DNA of 64,000 nucleotides from NCBI RefSeq assembly GCF_054482525.1, contig NZ_CM137006.1; one strand, 5' to 3'. Shown piece by piece: positions 48,993 to 58,183 of this stretch (position 1 is its first letter; each line of letters starts with the position of its first letter). The notes under the pieces were generated by a model. It saw only the letters and a program-made list of their open reading frames with translations, ran no database searches and was not told where the DNA came from. The position numbers and the translations under genes were made by a program.

Positions 48993-50649
48993 GATCGTAT
49001 CCCTGTCCCCCAACATTCAGCCAAGCCTTCACGAGCCTTCCTTTCGAGATATAGACTTCTTTGTCGACTGTTTCGACCTGAAACTGAAAGCCATCGTCTT
49101 CCGGGTATTGACGAGCGTGATTGATAGCATGTCGGTAAGGGTCAAGCTCAGTATCATCAAATGTTGGAATATCCTTGCCAGCAGGTTCGGCTTGTTTCAG
49201 GGCATCAAAGAATTCTGTTGCAGAAGTGAATTTTGCGGCAACGGCATCCCGTAATACAGATGAATACCAGTGCTGGCTGTTTAGCATGTTGTCCTGTACT
49301 TTCTCCAGACTCTTTGGCGACATGCGCATACCGCTAAATAAGTGCCAGGCGACAAGGCCCAGAGTATGAACATCTTGCTGAAAAGGCGTAAGCTCGCCCT
49401 TATCAAGCATGTCTTTTACGTGGACTGCACCTACGGATAAAAGCTTACGGTAATCGCCAACCGTTCCGGCTGGCTGGTGGTAAGCCGAAATAAAGTTCGA
49501 AAGAGCAACTTCTTTTGAAGGTGAAATCCACAGACTGTGATCGGCGACATCCCTGTGCGCAATTTTCATCTCATGGAGATCACTAAACTTTGCAATGAGC
49601 AGTTTCACCACATTCAAGCGGTCCATATCAGAAAAGTTCTTACCATATTTTCCGATAAACTCATTAAACCGGACATGACCCGGCGGAACTTCGTAGACTT
49701 CGCTATACTCGGCCGTCACCTCGTCTTTCTGAAAACTCGTCAAAGACCTGAGACAGTGGTTATACAGGTCACGATTCTGGTGATTGATGTGCTGTAACAC
49801 TTCGCGCTCACGTGAAACAATCTGAGCTCGTCCTTCCGGGGTATTCGCTTTCGTTCCCGTTATATTTCTAAAATTCCATACTCTGAGTAGCGCTTCGCTG
49901 TTCGTTGATATCTCAGATTTTGCCAGATATTCTCGATACACCTTTTTAGGATGTTCGAAAATCATATCATTAGCTTCATAGCCATTAACTCTCAAGGCTT
50001 TTGGTGCCGTCTGAGGCCCTAGGAACAAATCATCGAAAAGATGGAAATCCTTGTTAAGAACCTTGGTAGCTGGGTGCGGTTTGAAATAGTTATTGAAGCT
50101 CCCGCGATCGGCAAACTTCAGGAAATCTTTTAACGAGATCGTATGGCGCCGTTGTTCCTCCGGCAGCGCGCTGAAATCTGCATTGCCGGTCATCACAACA
50201 AAAAAATGAACAATCGGGATATAGCCTTTGTTCGTAAAACGGTCTACCAGACGCTTGAGTTTTTTGTCCAGCATGAATTTTTTGCTACGAGTCACGCTTA
50301 CTGGCGAGCGCCCCATGTTCTTATCACCTTTAAACCAAGTATCTCCGCGTGCGGTTACAGGCTGATGGTTCCAGTCTTTCAGTTCAACAATGATCACGTT
50401 GCAGTGTGTTACAATAACTAAATCGAATTCCCCCTCTTTTTTTGCCTCAACAAATCGAAAACCTGCATAACCTTTCCAAGGGAACATTTCATTGCCGATA
50501 AAACCATAGCTTTTTAGCTGCTCACTAATTGAACCGCTACGGAAAGGCTTGTCAGGCTTAGATACGTTGACTGAAAAAGCAGCTTTTATTTTCTCGATAG
50601 CCAATACTTCCTGTTCTTGTAAGCCACCATCCCACATTTCTACTTCCAA
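48993..50649 (-). CDS. N-terminal 552-aa portion of the IS629-interrupted giant gene: NERD (PD-(D/E)xK nuclease-like) domain + Hanks-type kinase-like domain + start of second kinase-like domain
   Basis: TTG start at 50649 with AAGGAG 7 nt upstream. NERD-like core GEFDLVIVTHCNVIIVELKDW (aa about 73-93). Kinase-like motifs YLAK (aa about 241-244), HRDVADHSLWI (365-375), SNF in DFG position (384-386), DVHTLGLVAWHLFSG (426-440). The ORF-track product's last 53 aa (LNRPGF...SPPT) are read-through into the IS629 right end, not native. Confidence 0.7.
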
Positions 50650-51311
50650 CGGTGTTCTCCTTAAATTTCAGTAAAAATAAGGTCATTTATTCTGGTCAAT
50701 ATGGCAGGTTTCGATGTTTATAGTTCTGAATACTATGGTGTTTTACACGTTCATTCTGGTTATTATACGTAGAAAAGAATTTATCGGGCAACGCCGAGAT
50801 GACGCGGCCCCGTTAAACCGTGTAGTGGTAGATGATGAGATCAGATACAGGGATCAACTGACGGTGAGCGCAGTCCCCACATTTTATCCGGAGTTTACCG
50901 CTATTCCCGGCTGCCATTCGTTAGCACAGGCCCGCAAGTACCCTGATTTGCCGCTGGTTTTGCTTTCCCATCGAAGGGCCCATACATCATCACGCCCGCG
51001 AAACAGTCGACAAAATAACGCAACTTTCTCATCCGTGGATAATACGGAAACGCACTGCACAGGACTCTGCGGTTTACGTCACCATTCAATCCCATAAGCT
51101 TCAAGTTATGTTTGCCCTCAGTGCAGCTAATTCATCACTGTCAGATTTATGAACCATATTCGTTACCTGTATCCGATCCACTGAGGCACCACGGCAGAAA
51201 TTCGGGTCCCCTACACTGATGACAAAGCGCCCCGCCCTCTTCTGCCTATTAACTCAAGCACCTCCCAACAACTTACAGAAACTTAATTCTAATACCTAAT
51301 ACAACTGTAAT

Positions 51312-51875
51312 TCAGTTATGTCGTGGTCGGCCCCGGTTGCTTTTTTCGGGAAGCCTGCTACGGCCCAGAATAATACCGTGTTCTTTCTGATCCTGTTTAG
51401 CCAGGTAGCTAAGGGCGTAACGTAAACCGTCTACCGCAGACTTATCACTATAGTGAATCACGTGATCGATACGCACCGGGTATTTGTCTTTAGTACTGCA
51501 CAGGTGAAAATAACCCTCCCCTTCCGTGATCCGACTCCAGATATCTCCCAGTTGCCTGGATATCCGATAAAATTTCTTGTGACGTTGCCCATCCAAGTAG
51601 CCGATAAAATGAATATGAAGTCCCTTGTTTGACGTATATTCCATTACCCAGTAATATCCCGCCAGCATCGTTTGGGTTTCACTAAGTAAGCGGTGCATTT
51701 CAATACACATACTGTGCCTACAGGAATGACCAAAACTGGGCGTGTCTTTCCTGTAGGCAAAATCAATTCTGAAAGGTAACAGTTTAGAAAAACGTTGAAA
51801 CAGACCTTCCATGTGTTCATTCACGTCTTTCAGAATCATGAAGTCCATTTCGTAATTGGGATTAGCATTATACAT
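51312..51875 (-). CDS. YfjJ/YagK-family protein (inovirus Gp2-like replication-initiator-like) of P4/CP4-type islands
   Basis: 187 aa, ...RIDFAYRKDTPSFGHSCRHSMCIEMHRLLSETQTMLAGYYWVMEYTSNKGLHIHFIGYLDG... I recognise this as the YfjJ/YagK family of CP4-57/CP4-6. Confidence 0.55.
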   Translation of the reverse strand: MYNANPNYEMDFMILKDVNEHMEGLFQRFSKLLPFRIDFAYRKDTPSFGHSCRHSMCIEMHRLLSETQTMLAGYYWVMEYTSNKGLHIHFIGYLDGQRHKKFYRISRQLGDIWSRITEGEGYFHLCSTKDKYPVRIDHVIHYSDKSAVDGLRYALSYLAKQDQKEHGIILGRSRLPEKSNRGRPRHN

Positions 51876-52695
51876 TTTATAGTCCTTACTTTATAAAAGT
51901 TACAGGAAGGTGGAATTACATAAATACTGAGAGTACAGAAACGCCGTACCGCGGCATTAATAAACGAGGTAACCAGCAGCACAGACAACCTGATAAAACT
52001 GTTTCGTATTACCTCATTACTCCAAAGAGGTAATATTTCAGAGTACAGTAAGACTCACTTAAACTGAGGACCAGTACGAATTACAATGGTAAAAACACAC
52101 CTCATAGAATTGAGTTTAAGGAAGTACCATTCAATCACTTACAGGAAGTAATCTGACATTCACAAAAGCCAGTATCGGGTAGCCACAGGCAACACCGCTA
52201 TTAATACTTCTGTACCATTAAGTAAAAACAGCGACCCAGCTTAAGGCCTCTACAGATATTTAACTTCACCATAAAAATGATGGTATACAGACCATACCCC
52301 ACACACCATAAGAATATTATTTCATACAGGAAAGATTATATTTTTTCATACCTATAAACTGTAACAGAGCCATAACATACTCTAATAGTGTTCCGGTACG
52401 TAACCAGTGTTAAGTGCGTACAAGACAACATAACAGATCACATAACTTCCACTAATAATACTAATTAACCTAAATTATTTATTGAACACGAAAACAATGA
52501 AGGCCCCACCTCACCTCAGACTAAAGCCGACAATATCCTGAGCAACACTCTATCCAATAGTAAATAGTGGTTACACCAGTTATATTTACTGACTGACCTG
52601 TACCAGAGTTTTCTAATACAACGCTGACATGGTAAAGACATTAGTCTCCTCCGCAAGTAGCAGAGGAGACTATATGTACTCAACGATTAAGTCGT

Positions 52696-54147
52696 TCAGA
52701 GGTCAAAGTTAGGTGCGACACACAACGTTTTTCCCTCAATAACCGGTACAACTCTGTTTTGTTCATACAGTAAATCCAGTAACCAGTTGATTTTATCCTT
52801 TTTCCGGAAACGGTTCGGACCACGCTGTAAAATGTCATTTTTTTTCATACAGAGGATCCCCTTCTCAATACAATAGCTTTTTATCCAGTTGAAAAGTTCA
52901 AGCTCCTCTGGAATGAGTCGCACAGGTACGGTCAGGGCAGAGTTGTCAAAAGTTAACGGATTAGACAACCGCACATACTCATTACCGTACCATATTGCTA
53001 ATTCTCTCGCCATTTCTGCAGTGTAAGGGGAAATCTCCCCCTCTTCACCGCTCGAATGGTAAATAAGTCCTGCCAATCTTGCCATATACTCTGCATTTTT
53101 AGCAGCATATTCCCGGCAATGTCTTAAAGGCCCCAATCCCCCCAGCTTCGATTCCACATCATTGTAATAATCCGTCCAGATTCTGGCAGCCTGAGGAGAA
53201 AAGTGAAGGCAACGTCGTTCACCACTCATCGCCAGACTTTCATCAATAAGCTCATTGATCCTCTCTTCAAACAAATCCTGATACTGTGATGAATAATTAT
53301 CTCCGGTTATTATCCTTGTCCCCTGCGTTGATGTTGGTTGACACATCAAAAACCTTGCATGATGTCCTGACGTTTTCACAATTTCTTTTTTTCGCGTACA
53401 AAAACCTTTGTGGTAAACATCAGGCTGAATCATCACCGATATCGTCAGTCTTGGCTCCTTCAAATTAATTCCGGGAGATGATTTCCTGTCGATGAAAAGA
53501 GAACCTCCATCCCACAAAGTGTTAATAATTCCCAGTTTACTCATGGCCCGGCTGTCAAAAATTACCCCCCCTTCACTGGATACAAGAGCAAAAGAGCGAT
53601 TGCTATCGGAGTAATATTTTAACATTCCCTCTATCGTTGTCTCATTAAAAATTGTTCGACGTATCTGCGGCGGAACAGGAGGTTTATTCAGATGCGTTTC
53701 AAGCTCTGATTCTGTTGCCTTGTAATCTTTACCGGCACGAATCTCTTTATGAAATTTTGATTCCAGCGCTTTTTGTTTTTGCTCCCATATTTCCTTTTCT
53801 GTACTGTAATTCTCAACCAGTTTCGCGTATTCTTCCGCCAGGGCTTCATCCCTGAGATAAAATGCTTTCATAAACACTTTATCCACGGTCGTTTTCCTTT
53901 CACCGGAATCAGCCAGAATCAGAGAGTAAAGATTAACAGGCCCATGTAAATTTCCAGGTCTGCATACGTCAATCTGATTCTGACAGGCAATTGAGATCGC
54001 TGTTAATGCGGATGTTGCCACCATAGCCAAAGGTGCCTGTGTATTTTTTTGAGTTTCAATTATTGCATTTCTCACCAGCGGTGGTAGTGCATATATCGGA
54101 TAAGGATTTTCTGGTGCAAGTAAGCACATAAAAGCCTCTCTTTTCAT
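52696..54147 (-). CDS. DUF3987-domain protein (YfjI-like; P4 alpha-type primase/helicase-related) of integrative island
   Basis: 483 aa. Position (between alpA and the yfjJ-like gene) and sequence character match yfjI of CP4-57. Start uncertain (an internal MCLL... is also possible). Confidence 0.6.
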   Translation of the reverse strand: MKREAFMCLLAPENPYPIYALPPLVRNAIIETQKNTQAPLAMVATSALTAISIACQNQIDVCRPGNLHGPVNLYSLILADSGERKTTVDKVFMKAFYLRDEALAEEYAKLVENYSTEKEIWEQKQKALESKFHKEIRAGKDYKATESELETHLNKPPVPPQIRRTIFNETTIEGMLKYYSDSNRSFALVSSEGGVIFDSRAMSKLGIINTLWDGGSLFIDRKSSPGINLKEPRLTISVMIQPDVYHKGFCTRKKEIVKTSGHHARFLMCQPTSTQGTRIITGDNYSSQYQDLFEERINELIDESLAMSGERRCLHFSPQAARIWTDYYNDVESKLGGLGPLRHCREYAAKNAEYMARLAGLIYHSSGEEGEISPYTAEMARELAIWYGNEYVRLSNPLTFDNSALTVPVRLIPEELELFNWIKSYCIEKGILCMKKNDILQRGPNRFRKKDKINWLLDLLYEQNRVVPVIEGKTLCVAPNFDL

Positions 54148-54347
54148 TAATGGGTTAGTAAAATAGCAGCAAATCCCGCTACAATAGCGAAAATAGCTGC
54201 TATTCAGACCTGATGCTCTGAGAAATACAGAGCATTTGTAGATCTGATGTTTAATAAACCGATAAGGTTAATTCAGTGAAGACTGTATTATTCACCACGA
54301 AATATCATTCATATTTCTCATTCTTAATACCTCCAGAAATTATTTCA

Positions 54348-54545
54348 CTAATACCTTTCCCCCGGTCTTTTCCCTTTCTCCAGAACCATAGTGTAAATAT
54401 TAACGGCCCCACGTAAATTTCCGGGACTGCATACGTCAACCTGATTCTGACAGGCAATTGACATCGCTGTTAATACTGACATTGCAACCAGAGTCAGAGG
54501 TACTTGTTTATTGTATTGAACTTTAATTATTGCATTCCCTATCAT
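54348..54545 (-). pseudogene. Duplicated 5' fragment of the DUF3987 gene (part of an about 300-bp imperfect tandem duplication including its upstream region)
   Basis: MIGNAIIKVQYNKQVPLTLVAMSVLTAMSIACQNQVDVCSPGNLRGAVNIYTMVL... parallels residues about 27-80 of the adjacent 483-aa protein. DNA 54350-54680 is about 80 percent identical to 53860-54180. Confidence 0.5.
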
Positions 54546-54771
54546 TGATGGTCATGCATATACTGAATACGGCATATCCGGTTTGATGTAAGGCATAAAT
54601 GCTTCCTTTTTCGTAATACGTTTCGGTTATAGCAGCAATTACCGCTACAATAGCGACAATAGCTGCTCTTTCAACAATGAATGCTGGAAATTCTGTTTAT
54701 CAATTAAACTTCTGGCTAAATTGTTCTTATGCTTCTTTTTCCTCCTGAGGTGATCACGTGATGACAAAAAC

Positions 54772-55068
54772 TTATCTGCTCATGGTCATATCTGAAGAAA
54801 GCGTATGTCTCACTTCGTCATTAACACCTTTGACTGCTGATCTGGCAGGTACAGTATGTAAAGTAAGCCATTCGTCAATAGCTGATGAACGCCAGCCCAC
54901 AGAACCACTACCAAGACGTACCGGCCTGGGGAAGGTTGCATCGTAGTATTTCGATAACGGATTCATTTTTTCGTAAATTGTCGAACGAGATATACCTAAC
55001 AATTGGCTCAGTTCAGGCATCCGTAAGATGCGTGAAGGAGTCCTGCAGTGTCCGGATTGATCTGGCAT
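54772..55068 (-). CDS. alpA: AlpA-family phage/prophage transcriptional regulator (MerR-like HTH)
   Basis: ...ILRMPELSQLLGISRSTIYEKMNPLSKYYDATFPRPVRLGSGSVGWRSSAIDEWL... matches the AlpA pattern (ILRLPAV...TIYDW...YDATFPK...VGW..EIDEWL). Start chosen at the M giving about 98 aa; the ORF track extends to 55152. Confidence 0.65.
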   Translation of the reverse strand: MPDQSGHCRTPSRILRMPELSQLLGISRSTIYEKMNPLSKYYDATFPRPVRLGSGSVGWRSSAIDEWLTLHTVPARSAVKGVNDEVRHTLSSDMTMSR

Positions 55069-55199
55069 TTTATCCCCCATAGTGTGGTGAACTGTCGTTA
55101 CAGTTTGTATTCCCCGGGTAAATTTGTCTGCGTAAAAAAATGGGTTGAGCAAAAAGACAATAAATAATTAAAAATCAATATGATAGAAAACGACAGCAT

Positions 55200-55990
55200 T
55201 AGTGTTATTTTACTTTTCCCTTATCGCTGTCGATTCTCATTATCATTCATGGCAAAAAAACAGCAAAAGAGGCCCTGGTAATGACTCCTGTCAGTAGTAC
55301 ATGTGTTTTCGATAAATGAACCAATGGCTTTTCGTGAATTTCCAGGGAGCGTAAAAAGTAAATCGTTTTCCGGGCAGGTCGTTTGATGTGAGTACGAAGT
55401 GTCAGATTGTTGCGCTCAATGCGCCGGGTAAATATCTTGCCGACAAGATGCTTATCCTGTGGCATTTCTCTGGTATAACTGCTCCGGTTGTCTCTGGTTA
55501 TCATGCCTGCGGAGAATGGCTTCAGGAATTCCGGCAACTCACGGCATGTTTCATCAGTGCGAGGACCAAAAGTGTAAGCCAGCACACCGTCAGCTTTGGT
55601 CTTATACGCGTACCAGTGCCACTGCTGACGAGCTTTGTTTTCGACAAAACTCCATTGTTCATCAAGTTCACAGATAAGTGCCACATCGACACTGGCGGCT
55701 GGAGATATGGTTACTTTACGTGGTGAGCGTTTTTTAAAGTGAGAATGACGGTGTTGATATCCACCTTCAGCGTTCTGGAGCTATCGCGAACCCCGGCTCC
55801 GTTATGAACCATTTCAACAATTTGCTCTTTAATGCCTGGTTTTCGGGTTTCGTAGATGTAATTCAGTTGAAATACACGTTTGCAGGATTAGCACTGGAAA
55901 CGCTCATGATCTGAGGTGCTGTGATCATAACGGTACACTTTATAGGAATTACAGCGGGGAGAATATACTGTAACTGTTGCCATATGGTCT
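55200..55990 (-). mobile_element. IS1-family element (divergent), insA with in-frame stop; boundaries approximate
   Basis: InsB-like ORF 55247-55684 (...ELDEQWSFVENKARQQWHWYAYKTKADGVLAYTFGPRT...TRRIERNNLTLRTHIKR...). InsA-like frame from ATG at 55983: MATVTVYSPRCNSYKVYRYDHSTSDHERFQC*SCKRVFQLNYIYETRKPG.... Canonical IS1 IRs not found. Confidence 0.5.
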
Positions 55991-56179
55991 CCAGATACCA
56001 ATAGAATACAACATTAATCTATCGTCAGAAGGCATCACCGGGGCCTTCTGACATAATCTGTTAATACGTGTACTATTACCCTGTTCAGAAAACATTGATT
56101 CAAAAATGAAAACCAGTTAACAGAAAAGCAAAATGATATAATGTTAAAATTTTATATAGTGCAATAAAAGGAGAATGTT

Positions 56180-57997
56180 ATGTATAATTTTATCACTATA
56201 ATGTATGATGTCTTTTCATGTTTTGGTGTTCTGGCTAAAAACCAGAATAGCCGTGACATCCGAAATATTAAAAATTTTTCCTCACATCAACATTCACTGG
56301 GCGACATGTTTGATGAATTAATAAACATTATTGATAAAGAACAAGTATTGAGTAAAGAACAACGAAAAGTTATATTTAGGAGATATGAAGATCTCTATGT
56401 TAAGCTAATGCACTATTCTGTTTTTACAGACAAAACACATCAAATAATAAAACAAAAATATTTTAATGACATTGTACCAATGATTCTCGCACTCGACATC
56501 AGGAACACATATCGCCCGGATAATGAGATGGCATTTTACTATCATATTCATTCTTTTCTCACTCAGATACCGGATAATGAGGATGATATATATCATGCTG
56601 CAAGGACATATCTGCGAAATTACGTTAAGTTATGTTTATCCGGATACACGCCAGCGAATGCGCATTTCAAAGATATCTTTGATGGCGTATATGAATTCAT
56701 TCGTAATATTCGCAAAAACAGTACACCAGGAAAAACAAAACTTATCGCAACTATCAACACATGCAAAGAAACCTGTAAACATCTGCTTTATTTAAGTAAT
56801 GAAGACAAGGAAAAAATAATTTCTGACTTAGATAAAGTTCAGGTTGCATGTTATTATCTCACTATATTACTGGCTTTCGAAAGACGAACTTCATTAACAA
56901 GCACCCTGGCAACTTTATATAAAATGCTGATAAGCGAAAGAGAAGTTTCAGAATATGAATGCCAGTTATTATATTTAACCAACCCAATAGATGTAATGAA
57001 TATACTGAACAAATACATATATTACTTTCCTAATGAGAACTCACCATTTTATACACTGAAAATTGACAGTGCATTATCGTGGGATGCCATTGACGCAATA
57101 CGAGACTATAGTATTTCTGATATTTATCTTTATCCTGAACAAAAAACAATAAATTGTGTCGTTGAGATTGAAAACATTGTCTTTGGCGGTTACATTTATA
57201 CATTGAACAACGGCGTCACATTACAAAACATAGAAAACTCTTTAAAAGATTCTTCATGCCATTATGTCTTAAATGGCTATACAGAATTTGTTAACTGTTT
57301 GAGACAACTTACTTCAGGAAAGACTGAAAGTGTTCATCGCACCATCAATAAACTGAACTATGAGAAATTACCTTTTGGATTTATCATTGCCGCGTTTGCT
57401 ATACTAAAGATAGCATTTAAAATAAAATTCAGTAAAAATCATGTAAATATCCGAGCATTATTAAATGACATCAATTATTTTATGACTTATCAGGGCGAGT
57501 CCATTAACCTTATTTCACTGGATCACGAATACCCAGAGTCCTGTCTTCAAAATGACACAAACACATATTTATTAGGAAGAGTAATATTTCTGTATAACTC
57601 AATGATTTATAAGTTCATAAACTGTCAGGAACATGAAACCAATAACATTCACTCAGCTATGATAAATAACCTATTACAGGAAGTTGATATAGCCCTTGGT
57701 AAAATAAATGACATTATAGACAGCAGAAACATATCAACCCCCCATGAACTGGCAAATATTCTTACCCGCGAAAAAATACTTACAACACGGGAAAAAAAAG
57801 GAAACCTGATAAGCCTGTTTGATGGATTCACTTTATTCCATTGTGTTGGAATGATAACCTTTCTTATCCATTATCTCAGAACACCTGAAGAAAAAGTTGA
57901 AAATATATTTATGTTATATGGTGCAGATAAAAACAATAAACTACGCAGAAGACTGATTTATGACGCACTAGGAATAATTCAGTCTCAGCAGGAGTGA
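56180..57997 (+). CDS. Hypothetical 605-aa protein, strongly AT-rich, adjacent to the island integrase (cargo/hotspot position)
   Basis: Long ORF in an approximately 30-percent-GC block. Predicted largely alpha-helical and Asn/Tyr/Ile-rich. No recognisable motifs. Confidence 0.5.
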   Translation: MYNFITIMYDVFSCFGVLAKNQNSRDIRNIKNFSSHQHSLGDMFDELINIIDKEQVLSKEQRKVIFRRYEDLYVKLMHYSVFTDKTHQIIKQKYFNDIVPMILALDIRNTYRPDNEMAFYYHIHSFLTQIPDNEDDIYHAARTYLRNYVKLCLSGYTPANAHFKDIFDGVYEFIRNIRKNSTPGKTKLIATINTCKETCKHLLYLSNEDKEKIISDLDKVQVACYYLTILLAFERRTSLTSTLATLYKMLISEREVSEYECQLLYLTNPIDVMNILNKYIYYFPNENSPFYTLKIDSALSWDAIDAIRDYSISDIYLYPEQKTINCVVEIENIVFGGYIYTLNNGVTLQNIENSLKDSSCHYVLNGYTEFVNCLRQLTSGKTESVHRTINKLNYEKLPFGFIIAAFAILKIAFKIKFSKNHVNIRALLNDINYFMTYQGESINLISLDHEYPESCLQNDTNTYLLGRVIFLYNSMIYKFINCQEHETNNIHSAMINNLLQEVDIALGKINDIIDSRNISTPHELANILTREKILTTREKKGNLISLFDGFTLFHCVGMITFLIHYLRTPEEKVENIFMLYGADKNNKLRRRLIYDALGIIQSQQE

Positions 57998-58183
57998 AGA
58001 GTTAAACAGGCAAATTATTTTTTATAAAAAGGGGATTGTTAAGTAATCCCCTGTTAATCAAAATACGCTTTCCTGACGATCTGATAATTATCAGCTCAAT
58101 ACATTTGACATAAAAGCGGTTTCTTAATTACTACTGCTACGATCACATATCAAATCATGATCGTACAATATACATTTTCACTA

